This document shows, piece by piece, positions 40,245 through 51,001 of a stretch of 64,000 nt of DNA. The stretch lies in contig JAGIQG010000023.1 in assembly GCA_024679065.1 (NCBI GenBank), positions 38,812,001 through 38,876,000 on the forward strand. Direction: 5' to 3'. This DNA comes from Sphyrna mokarran (Eukaryota). The notes under the pieces were generated by a model that saw only the letters and a program-made list of their open reading frames with translations, had not been told where the DNA came from and searched no databases. The position numbers and the translations under genes were made by a program. Numbering within the stretch: the stretch's first letter is position 1; each line of letters starts with the position of its first letter.

Positions 40245-42170
40245 CCATAGAACAGAGAATGCTGAAAGAACGCAGCAGGCCTGGCAGCATCTGCAGGGAG
40301 AAAAAACAGCATTAATGTTTCAAGTCTGTTTGGCTCCTCAGAATAGAGTGGGAAAAATGGGTTTAGATATTAAATTGTGGCTAGATGTATTATACGTGTG
40401 GGATATTTTAAGGTGTGTGGGTTTGAGCTTAAGATGGAGGAATAAGGTCACAGTCTAAAATTGTTAAACCCCAACAACCAAAACATGATTAATCAAAGAT
40501 GAGATGCTACTCCTTTAGCTTGTGTGAGGCTTCACTGCAGCAAGTCAAAGATGGATATGTGGGCACAAGAGCAAGGTGCTGAGTCAAAATGATAAACAGA
40601 AAGGTTGGGGTTATGCCTGTGGACCAAGCAAAGATGTTCTTAAAGTGGTCACTCAGCTGCATTTAGTTTCCTCAATGTAGAGGAAGCCCCAAAGGGAGCA
40701 GCAAATACAACAGACCAAATTGAAGTGCAAGTGAAAAGCTGCTGGCCGGAAAGAAGTATTTGAGGACTGGAATGGTGAAGAGGTAATGGGGTAGATGTGG
40801 AGGTCCTGGATGAGCACTGGTGTAATTTGTTAGAATTTGCTTAATACCTGAAAAGGAGAAAAACTTAAGATATTAGATGAGACAAAGAATAAAATGGAAC
40901 TGTGGACAAGAACAGCTTTGAGGGAGGACAAGCTGGTGTGTGTATATCTGGCAGCACACGTCACTGTGGATATCAGAATACAGTGAGAACAGCAGTCTGA
41001 GGTACATTATATCGAGATGCTAGCGTTGGACTGGGGGAAACACAGTAAGAAGTCTGACAACTCCAGTTTTAAATCCAACCGATTTATTTGATAGTAAACT
41101 CGCAAGCTTTCGATTCTATGGCCTTTGCCAGGCTATAGAGTCGAAAGCTTGTGAGTTTACTATCAAATAAATCAGTTGGATTTAAAACTGGTGTTGTCAG
41201 ACTTCTTACTGCGCATTATACGTCCCAGTGATAGCTGTAACCTTGGATGGATTCAAAATGTGGAGCTTAAATTGGAATTCATGCGAGGTGAATTGGAGAC
41301 ACAGTTGCTAAGAGAGGAAAAGTGGCTGTGAAAGCAACTTTTAGCAAACGCCTTGTCAAGTACCAAGATGGAAATAGAAAGCAATGAAGGGAAACATGAT
41401 GAAAGAGACAGTCAAAATCCTGAAGAAAAGCAGTAATTCTTCAGTTCCACAGGGCACTCCCTCTGGTCCACTTTTCCATCATGGTTAATTCCCCATTCCT
41501 TTCCTGTGGTACCTTCCCTTGCAGCCTCAGAAGGTGTACCACAAGGCCCCTTTACCTCTTCTTACCATTTAGGGCCCCAAACACTCAGGTTAAACAGCAT
41601 TTCACTTTGGTTTGGTTGACTGTATTTACTGCTTCCAGTGTGGTCTTTCCTACACTACAGGCTACTTTTCAAAAGACCTTCACCCAGTTCTTAAGCATGA
41701 CCCCACCCTTCCTGTTGCTTGCTATTTTAACTCAGCAGCTTACTTATGCCCAAGTACATAAGTAATGTCCAAAGTCCAATGCAAGCTGAAGGAGCAGTAT
41801 CACATGTTCTAATCAGGGCACACTACAGTCTTGGAACTCAACATTGAATTCAGCAAATTCAGACCATGACACTTATCCTCCATCTTACACTCTTTTCAAA
41901 AAAAAATCCCATATATATATATAGTGCAATGCAATAATTCTCCCTTCCCCTCCCTCCCATATCAGGCCATCTTTTGTTCTTGAAGTTGCTTTATCTTGTT
42001 GCAGTATCTCTCACTAATATCTAACATGTTTCTCCCCTCTAATTCTGAAGTCAAATGAACTAGAAACATTAACTCTGATTTCTCTCCGTACAGAAGCTGC
42101 CAAATCTGCTGAGTTCTTCCAGCATTTTCTGTTTTTGTTTCTGAATCCAGTATCTGCAATGTTTTGTTTA
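40245..42170. mobile_element. Penelope-like element remnants in inverted (tails-out) arrangement
   Basis: The left end (acagagaatgctgaaagaacgcagcaggcctggcagcatctg) is inverted relative to the right end (cagaagctgccaaatctgctgagttcttccagcattttctg). Decayed GIY-YIG coding sequence on + at ~41500-41870 (TFPCSLRRC..., KLKEQ..., LNIEFSKFRP*) and on - at ~40455-40745. Confidence 0.7.
41012..41213. mobile_element. Penelope-derived fold-back short element (82-bp arms)
   Basis: Arms at 41043-41124 and 41130-41211 with loop ttgcc. Same family as 31171. Flanked by cattata at 41005 and 41214. Confidence 0.8.
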
Positions 42171-42836
42171 TTTTGGGGTTTGGTCATATTTGGTTGACAA
42201 TTGCATGGGGCAAAATGGGGGAGGAACCTGAACTGATTGCGTATTTTGAAATAAGCATGTTAGGACTGATTTGTAATGATCAGAATCTGCAAAAACATGC
42301 CGTTAAGTTGCAGGCTTGTCAATTTATCTGCCCTTCTACTTTGAGAAGATTGGAGTGGATGTATTGAGGCAGTGTTATAAAGGTTCGTAGATTTGAGTAG
42401 TGTAGCTTTAACGTAAGCAGTAATGATTCACATTCCTGATCTTGGCCTACACTATATTATTAGAATTGTCACCGAGTTTCTAACTTTGGTACATCACCAC
42501 ACTTCTTTCAAAGAAACCAGCAGAATAGGTTTGTGTGTATCAGATTTCACAAATCACTTTTCTGAGTTAGATGCTTTTTTTTTATATTGAATTAGCCAAT
42601 TTTTCATTTTCATAAAAGATCTGACCTATGTCAGTGCTGGTGTGCAGTTAGTATGGGAAGGTAGATTGCATACTTTGTTACTGTTTTTTAAAATCTAAAC
42701 TGAACTACTTGGCTAGAAAAATGGCACTTTGTGCAAATTAGTAATTTAAGGCCCAAGCATTAGATTACTATATGTGGGTCTAGATATACATCTCAAAGTA
42801 CTGTGTTAATGTTAATTCTTTATTGGCCTTTTAAAG

Positions 42837-42965
42837 GAAGCTTTTGGATTCATTGAAAGAGGTGATCTTGTGAAAGAGATCTTCTTCCACTATAGTGAAT
42901 TCAAGGGAAACCTGGAGACCTTGCAGCCAGGCGATGATGTGGAATTTACTATCAAAGAAAGAAAT
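42837..42965 (+). CDS. CSDE1: CSDE1 exon (canonical CSD core)
   Basis: ccttttaaAG|; EAFGFIERGDLVKEIFFHYSEFKGNLETLQPGDDVEFTIKERN (FGFI and IFFH motifs); AAT|gtaagc; 129 nt. Confidence 0.98.
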
Positions 42966-44683
42966 GTAAGCAATATAGTTATGGGGGAATAAATAATCTG
43001 TTGGTTTTGGGAAATATGAAAATAAATGTTACGCAACGAGCTAAGTGCCTGCTCATTTAGCTAGTGTGGGATCTTTGCAATCACTTAACTGTATCCATGT
43101 AGCAGTGATCACAAGTTTTCAGGAATTGAGTGGATGCCTTAAGTAAGGACACCACATGTATCTGTTTCTAATCATCCTACACTGCTTTTTCTCAGTGTGC
43201 TATTTATGATGTGCTGGTAAATATTTTCCAAGACTTCTATGGTAGACAAATTATTCCTGGCTCTTTGTTTTTCCATTACTTTTAAGTATTGCTGTTTTGC
43301 AATTTTCAATGATTTGGACGCTTGCTACTCAGCCCTTGTAGTAAGAAGGAATCCACTGTCGTTGTCCCCAGAACAAGTGTCAGACAGATGTAATTTTATG
43401 CATTTCATTTTCTTTGAAGAAAAGGTCTGAAACCAATGCTTAAAGATAGGCCACATTCTGTGTAATTAAGTGCGAGTATTTACGTCAGGTATTGAGCATA
43501 AACCTAAAAGGTCTTGGATCTCATCCTCAGCCTATAAAAGCTGATTGGTCTGAACTTGGTTGTATGTGCATCATTAAGCTTTGCTGAAAAGCTAGGGAGG
43601 AGAAAATAGCTACACTTTCTTGTTATTGCCATCCCAGCAATTAATTTTGGGCTGCACTTTTTTGACATTTTTTAAGAAAAAAATTGGACTTGGCTGTGAA
43701 ATTTGCCTCCACACCCATCACCATCACAAGTGCCAACAAGTTGCTGGTAGATGATTCGAGTGAAGGTTGATGAGAAAGAACTCAGTCCTGGAATTGTATT
43801 TCATACCTGTCTTTGGTCAGAATTGATAATGCAGGAAGAAATTGGAATGACAAATCTGTACCTTGTTTTTGATTGCAAGGTTACTGTAGAATCCTGCAGT
43901 AGCTGCAGATTTCAGAAACATGGCAGAATTACAACTCTCTACTTCCATTTCATTTTTTATTTCCAGTCTGCAGCATTTAATTCTAACACTTATTCAAATA
44001 TAATTGCTTGTATTTTCCAACTTTGACACTAAATAAACAGCAGAATTTGGCTTTACCCCTTGAACTAATGTCTACAGGTGACCAGGGTGTCGAAAAATTA
44101 GCATTGTTTTCTTTCTCTTTAAAGGGAGGGAGTTTCTCTCTTGGAGGGAGTTTGCAGTAGTAGAAAATATAACTAGTAAACATTTTTGGACCTGTAACTG
44201 TTGCATGCAACAATCACAGCCTGAATTCAACTTTTTTTAATATTAATCTACTCCAACTAAGGTTCTGCAGTTCAAATTACTTCAAAAATTGTTAATTTTT
44301 TTTAGCTGTTTGTTTTTAAAGTTATCATAGTATGGTAAAATAGAGATATCTGATCTCAGCATGCAGTAATTTCCAATAGTATATATTCAGTGGATCCCAC
44401 AGAAAACAATTGATGTTTCCTTTTATGTGCACTTCATTCTACAAATACAATAAAATAAAATTTAACTGTCTATCTAGCTCAGTTTTAAATTGATAGGAGT
44501 TTTTAAGAAAAAGGCTTAAGAAAAATGTATTTTTCTGAATCTTTTATTTCTAAATCTGGAAGTATACAGTCTTGAATATCTGGCCACCAGTAACATAATT
44601 AGTGGCTTTTACTGAGGAAACTTCTAAAGTAACTCCTCTTTGTGATGACAGACAATATACAGTAACTGATACTTTTTTAATAG

Positions 44684-44809
44684 GGAAAAGAAGTTGCCAC
44701 TGAAGTGAAACTGTTACCCCAAGGAACTGTTATATTTGAAGATGTTAGTATTGAACAGTTTGATGGAACTGTCACCAAAGTTATTCCAAAAGTATCCAGT
44801 AAAACCCAG
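44684..44809 (+). CDS. CSDE1: CSDE1 exon
   Basis: ttttttaatAG|; GKEVATEVKLLPQGTVIFEDVSIEQFDGTVTKVIPKVSSKTQ; CAG|gtaaag; 126 nt. Confidence 0.97.
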
Positions 44810-45111
44810 GTAAAGTAGCTTACTGCAGACTTTCGCCATGGTTCTTTGAAAGATACATGTACAAAATGCTTTGTTTTACCTGAGGCTTGAATAATCTGAA
44901 AGCAAATGTTCTGTTTCCAGTTACAGAAGTGGCAAAATGGCCGATTTAGTCCAGTGTTTATATTTGACCACAAGCATGTTCATAAATCGATAGCACAACC
45001 ATGGTCAGAGGGAATTGTGGAAAAAAAGAAACTTAAATTACATAGTCAATAGTTACAAATCGAGATTTGGGAAAAATCCTAAATATACAATTATTTCCCC
45101 ATTATTTCATG

Positions 45112-45425
45112 CAATGAGTGTGTTGCTGGGAAGGCCATCATTTGTTACCCAATCCTAATTGCTGTTAGACTGAGTGGCTTATTGGGCCATTTCAGTCAGT
45201 CAAATTGCTGTGGATGGTACTTTTCCTTCCCTAAAGAACATTAACGAACAGATGGGTTTTTACAACCGTCGATAATAGCTTCATGCTCATCATCATCAGA
45301 CTAGCTTTTCAATTCCAAATTTATTCATTGAATTTATATCCCACCAGCTGCCTTGGTGGGATGTCCTCAGAACATTAGCCTGAACTTTCAGATTACCAGT
45401 TCAATGACACTATCATTATACTACT
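45112..45425 (-). mobile_element. Second tRNA-derived SINE family copy
   Basis: ttccttccctaaagaacattaacgaacagatgggtttttacaacc...cccaccagctgccttggtgggat matches the 38840 copy. Confidence 0.7.
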
Positions 45426-45579
45426 TCCCAAATGGAGAAAGTCTGAACCATGCAACAGTGGTCACTTTAAACAAAAATGTGTAATGGTTTTGATTACTTT
45501 TAGTCTCTTGAGCTGTTTAATCATAAGGCCATTCTTGTTGCTTTCTTAGCAGTCTTAATGGCCTGCTGTTAGGGTTTGA

Positions 45580-46291
45580 CTGCTTTGACTATTGAATTTT
45601 GTTCTATATAATTGTTGATATTGCCTTTGGGATTGAGGGCTGCTAGAGTTTGGTTAGTTTCGGGTTATATACATTAATACCTAGTGACAGATTCTGTGCT
45701 AATCACCATTAAAAGTTTTGAATATTATGGTCTGTGGAAATAACGTGATTGTGAAATTACATTTTTAGATATTTGGTATCCAATTAACTAATCAGGAGTG
45801 AACTCCTAGCAGCTGTAGCTAGCCTGGGATAGAAGTTTGCAAAATTCCTTTCCAAACTTTATTGGATTACAAAGCACATACGTAGATTAGGGAAATATCA
45901 GCATCTTTTTCTACTTATTTGGAAATGAATAAAGCTATTAGCACAAGCAGGTGGACAATGAGTAGCAAGCAATGTATTCCAGTACATGTTTATGCATCCA
46001 GCATGTTGCGCTTCAACTTGCGTATACATAGTTATGCTTTGCGTGGGCGATGACTAGTAAACTAAAACTACAATACTTGCAGTAATAAAAGACAATACGT
46101 GGAGGGGAATCTGCATTTCTGTACCAGAGACCACCATTAGAATGGGTGCATTTGTTGGCTGCTTTGACTATTGGATATTGTTCTATATAAATGTTGGTAT
46201 TGACTTTGGGGATTGAGGGCTGTTATAGTTTGGCTAGTTTTGGGTTATCTACATTAATATCTAGTGACAGTTTCTGTGCTAACCACCCATT
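45580..46291 (+). repeat. ~130-bp dispersed direct repeat (45580-45710 and 46159-46291)
   Basis: Both copies read ctgctttgactattg...ttgttctatataa...gggattgagggctg...acattaata.ctagtgacag.ttctgtgctaa.cacc, with scattered substitutions. Confidence 0.9.
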
Positions 46292-46351
46292 TTGTACTTG
46301 CGGAGAAGCTATGAATTCAGAGTTGATTCTAATTTTATTTTTGTTTTGTAG

Positions 46352-46564
46352 ACTGACCCTTTGCCAGGGCGTATCAAAGTAAACTTTGCCATTTCCAAAG
46401 AACTTCCCTTTGGAGATAAGGACACCAGATCTAAGGTGACGCTATTAGAAGGTGACCATGTCAGGTTTAATATCTCCACTGATCGACGTGACAAATTGGA
46501 ACGTGCTACCAATATTGAAATTCTGACAGATTCTTTTGAGTTAACTGGAGAAACCAGAGAAATG
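46352..46564 (+). CDS. CSDE1: CSDE1 exon
   Basis: tttgttttgtAG|; TDPLPGRIKVNFAISKELPFGDKDTRSKVTLLEGDHVRFNISTDRRDKLERATNIEILTDSFELTGETREM; ATG|gtaagc; 213 nt. Confidence 0.98.
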
Positions 46565-46696
46565 GTAAGCTACTCTTATTTAACCTGTTTAATCACCTTT
46601 ATTTAATCTAAGTACCCTCAAACTAGATGTTATCTTGAGAGCTTTGAGTAATTTCAGAGAGGGAGGTAGGGTGATGACAGATGTGGAGTGGGAGCA

Positions 46697-46885
46697 AGAA
46701 TCAGAGTCCCTACAGTGCAGAAGGAGGACATTAGCCCATTGAGCCTGCACCACTGACAATCCCACCTAGACCCTATCCCCATAGCACCACTTATTTACCC
46801 TCCTAAACCCCCTGATACTATGGGGCAATTTAGCATGGCGAATCAACTGAACCTGCACTTGTTGAGTGACAGGAAACCCACGCAA
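46697..46885 (-). mobile_element. HE1-like V-SINE 3' half in a 435-nt intron
   Basis: agtccctacagtgcagaaggaggacattagccc...ggggcaatttagcatggcgaatcaactgaacctgcac. Confidence 0.8.
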
Positions 46886-46999
46886 ATGGTTCAGAATGTC
46901 TCAAATAATGTTTTCTTAATTAAAGATCACAAAGTATCTGCATATCTCTAGTTGGTTCTTTTTCCTTGAAAATTTACAGATTCTCTTTTGTCTCTGTAG

Positions 47000-47140
47000 G
47001 GCGTGATTGCAGCCATGAGAGATGGGTTTGGTTTCATTAAATGCGTAGATCGCGATGCTCGCATGTTCTTCCACTTTAGTGAGATCATGGATAGTCTCCA
47101 GCTCCACATCTCAGATGAAGTGGAATTCACAGTTGTCCCT
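47000..47140 (+). CDS. CSDE1: CSDE1 exon (canonical CSD core)
   Basis: tgtctctgtAG|; [47 protein letters not shown]; CCT|gtaagt; 141 nt. Confidence 0.98.
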
Positions 47141-48093
47141 GTAAGTGCTTCGTCTTGTATATTGGATACTTGTCTAAATATTGATTGTCAACTTCCCAAA
47201 TGACCTAAGCAAATATAGAAACCTGGATATCTGGTTCACTGCTCTCGCCTGGGGTTGTGTTAAATGCACCATGGTTGACCCATATTTACGAATTGAGACA
47301 TTTTACATGGTACTCCTTCAATGGATTGGCTTAACTACAATTGCTGTAGGCAAATTGCCATTATGTTCCGATCCCAGAAATTGCAATTGAAGTAGTTAAC
47401 AGTTGGTTTAATCTTGCGTTGGTTGGTAGAGCAATATTGTCTGTAATATATGTGGAATGGTGCTGTAGGATCTTTTGTATCCATTCAAACAACTGAAATG
47501 TAAGTTTGAGCTACTTGATTTCATGACAAGTTATGGACTGAGTTATTCACCAAATTATACACTAGTTCAATTCAACATTGATAAAATCTCACTGACCCAT
47601 ATTCAAGCATTAGTTACTTTAGTGTTTTTGTGTACATAAAGCCTTGTAGTGTTTTTGCCATTATTGTACAAATGACTTTAAAATGTGCTAAATTTTGATT
47701 GCTAGATGGATGGTGGGGGGCAAAGATCTTTAAGGATATGGAGTGCTGAAAAAGAATGAATTCTTCCATAACAATTTTAATGTAGATATTGCTCGTTTCC
47801 ACATCGGTTTCAACTAGAACAGTCAAATATTGTGACACAATTCTTGTGTGTATGTCTGCTCCTGAATGAATAAAACTTCCAGTGTTATTGCTTAGTCATG
47901 TGTCAAGTAGAAACTGAGGATGAATGTTAATTTCCATTTTTAACCTTAGCAAGATGATTGGTCCTCATTGTTTTCTTAATTTGAATTTTTTTGTAGCATT
48001 CTCCATATGAATGACTTTTGACTCCATATGACTTTTGAGTAGTATTGGGTATTAGCTTTATCCATTAAAATGTTTTTTCTCCTTTTTTTAAAG

Positions 48094-48258
48094 GATGTAC
48101 TTTCAGCCCAGAGGAACCATGCAATTCGTATTAAAAAACTTCCAAAAGGAACAGTGTCTTTTCATACGCAATCTGAACAGCGTTACTTTGGGATGGTGGA
48201 GAAAGAGGCTACTGGTTCAATATCTAAATCCACAAGCCCAGCCAAGGGTAAAGAAAAG
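48094..48258 (+). CDS. CSDE1: CSDE1 exon
   Basis: ttttttaaAG|; DVLSAQRNHAIRIKKLPKGTVSFHTQSEQRYFGMVEKEATGSISKSTSPAKGKEK; AAG|gtattc; 165 nt. Confidence 0.97.
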
Positions 48259-49691
48259 GTATTCAGAATTGGAGTAATGTAAACTGCAGATGGTTTAAAA
48301 GTATGTGTGCACAAAATCTAATGTAGACTCTTCCCAAATCATGTTTAGTTTTGCCTAATTGCAGTACAGTATTTGATTTTGGAGAAAATTGGGAACTTAT
48401 CTGAACTGATTGAAACTTCCTGCTTTAGAAATTGCTTCAGGTTGATACCCTGAAGCAATATCAGGGTAGTTTCTAGTTATCCTGAATAAAGAATGGAACA
48501 CAAGGTCAAGAGGCAACCTAATTGAGATTTTGAAGAGAATGAGTGCTGTTGACGAGTAGATAATAGCTGTTCTCTAGCAAGTGGGTCAGTAATTAGATGT
48601 CACAGACATTAGCAAAAGATCTAGAGGAGAGATGAGGTGAAATAGTTAGTTGCCAGCATCTAGAATGCTATGCCATAATTAATCTTGAAAGTTAGACAGT
48701 ACTTGAGGATGAGGAGCTTGTAGGGTAACAGACGGAAAAAAACCCAGCGTCATATGGGACCAGGTACAATGGACTGAATGTCTTGATTTGTGCTGAGTTT
48801 CCATGATTCCACAAGAGACTCGTTTAATGGGCTGTCTTAAACAGCTGACCCCTCTCGGAGGGATTTGCATGCCATGATACTGATATATGTACTAGAATCA
48901 CAGTTCTTTCACATCACTATTCTTGTTTTCATTCCTGTGCAGCAGTGAGGTGTTAGAAATAATTAGCAGTTCAGTTGCCAAGTGGGTAATATGGCAGTTG
49001 CCTGCTACCTGGATATTGCTCATAAGCCAACTATTCTAGTTTGCTTTACAAATAGGGCATAATACAGTGGCTGTTACTAGGCTTGTAATCCAGAACTCTA
49101 AATGGTAGTTCAGATCCTACCACAGCCAATTGGGATAAGTAAATCTGGAATGAAGGGCTGTGTTGACTAAAAATGCATCTGACTGATGTTCTTTCAGGAA
49201 AGAACCTTGCTGTCTTCAATCTGGTCTGACCAAAGACTACATTATTTACTGTGATGAGCTGACAGGATTCATTTTTGAGTGCTGGTAAAAATGTTGATAG
49301 TCAGCATTGCAAATCTTTGTTCAGACATAACTAAAATGTATTGCTAAAGATTAAAGTTGGGGATGGAGAAGGAAATGACAGATGTTAAGGAGTTCATGGA
49401 GTGATATATCTTAGTAATTCAAATGGCTTGTTGAGGTTTGAGTGAGTGTTTGTCATTTTCCCCTTCCAAATCCTTATGTGCCGTTTTATCAAATGACATT
49501 TTCTTGCCCTTTGTTTTGGGGTTGGGCTGGGGGTGGAGAAAGAGTCATGGAAGTGAGTGTCTTTTGGATGCAAAGATTGAATAGGATGTTAAGCTTGTGG
49601 AAAAACTTTTGGTCTTCATCTCAGTTAAGTTTGTGGCTTAATTAAATTCAGAAATGTATCACTAAGATATTGGATGAATAACTTTGGGTTA

Positions 49692-50406
49692 AAGAACAAA
49701 GAACAAAACAACATGGGAAACAGGCCCTTCGGCCTAACAAGCCCGTGCTGCCACCCCGATGTTCCCACCTCTACCCGTGATCCCTGTCTATGTCTATAGA
49801 TCTATGGATTAAAAACCAAATTTGAGACAATTTAGGGAGAATTTGTTTTGCCAGTTAGCCTAAGAGCACATCTTTGGGATGTGGGAGGAAACTTGAGCAC
49901 CTGGAGAAAACCCACACAAGCACAGGGAGAATGCGCAAACTCCCACAGCCACAAGCCCAAATCCATGTATCTGCACAGCACAGCAATAGTCACTGAGCTG
50001 TCGTGTTGTCCATCAAATGGTCCAGGTCAAGCGTACACTAATGACGTGAAGCGTTAGGATACTCTCAAAAAAAAAATCCAAGAGCAGCGCTCTCACGACC
50101 CATCTCGTGTATGCCCCTTGTTAGACAACAAGGTGGACCAAAGCACCTGTAGGTAAAAACAAGTACATCAATATCATCTATTTACACACTTCCCAGGGAC
50201 TCCCAAGGCTCATGATCCCTATTTTAAATCTGTTTTCTCTACCCCTCCATTCCCATTCTGTTCATGTGCCCATCTAAGTGTTTCTTAAATAACTCGAGTA
50301 CCTGCTTCCACCACTTGGTAGTGCATTCCATACCCCACCACCCTCTGTGTGAAAAAACTCCCTCTAGCATCCAAATTATACCTTACCCCCCTCACCCTAA
50401 GCCTGT
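49692..50406 (-). mobile_element. Chimeric CR1/V-SINE LINE family, copy 2 (~715 bp: ORF2 end plus 3' UTR)
   Basis: Colinear and highly similar to 62950-63655. The + strand shows an (aaagaac)n tail at the left end. Confidence 0.92.
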
Positions 50407-50727
50407 TTGTGGAATGAAAAGAGCCAGCTTTAATTAGAAACATTTTGTTCACCCATTTCTTGGCTGAAATCCATGTAAATTAAGTGAAATCTGTCTTTTT
50501 CTCTTGACCCAATTTGGAAAGTTGTCTCTTTGACACGGAGGTAAGTTTTTTAATTCTCACAGCGCTCTCTCTTCTCCCCACCCCTCGCCCTCAAAAAAAA
50601 AAGGATCCAGAAGATTGGAAGCTGGCATTTTACATGTGTTTAGAATTTCATGTGTTCACTAAAACAAAAACTGACTTATGAAAGCTGGAGGTATTGTACT
50701 TGGTAATGGGCTTGTTGTATGCATTTC

Positions 50728-50815
50728 TAAGAAGTCTCAACACGAGGTGAAAGTCCAACAGGTTTATTTGGTAGTAAACACCACTAGTTTTCAGAGCACT
50801 GCTCCTTTGTCAGGT
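50728..50815 (-). mobile_element. Penelope terminal-repeat fragment with a degenerate minimal hammerhead motif
   Basis: Same arm sequence as 31172 (aagaagtctc...aaagtccaacaggtttatttggtag). Minus strand reads cCTGACAAaggagcagtgctctGAAAac. Confidence 0.65.
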
Positions 50816-50989
50816 TTTGGTCAGTGTTGTCATAGTCATTGGTTAACGTCTTGGAGAAATAATGAATTGGATCTCTTCATTCTGCTTACCAGCTGCAGTC
50901 TTGCTCTGTCATCTTTTCCATCTAGTTTTTGTACTTGGATCCTATTAAGATCTCCCTTTTTTTCTCTTGTGTTATCTTTGCTTTTTCAG

Positions 50990-51001
50990 AAAAAAGAAAA
51001 G
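50990..51001 (+). CDS. CSDE1: Candidate 12-nt CSDE1 microexon (KKEK)
   Basis: tctccctttttttctcttgtgttatctttgctttttcAG|AAAAAAGAAAAG|gtatga. Phase 0/0 like both flanking exons; TGC at 50979-50981; TGCATG at 51044. Confidence 0.7.

Noticed and set aside
48001-48040. Short tandem duplications (ctccatatga...cttttga x2; also ~12789-12813 and ~59950-59997)
   Set aside because: Ordinary slippage duplications with no sign of function.
31172-50815. Recurring agtaagaagtct... motif considered as a CRISPR-like or regularly spaced array
   Set aside because: The copies are dispersed retroelement termini in a vertebrate intron, with no regular repeat-spacer structure.
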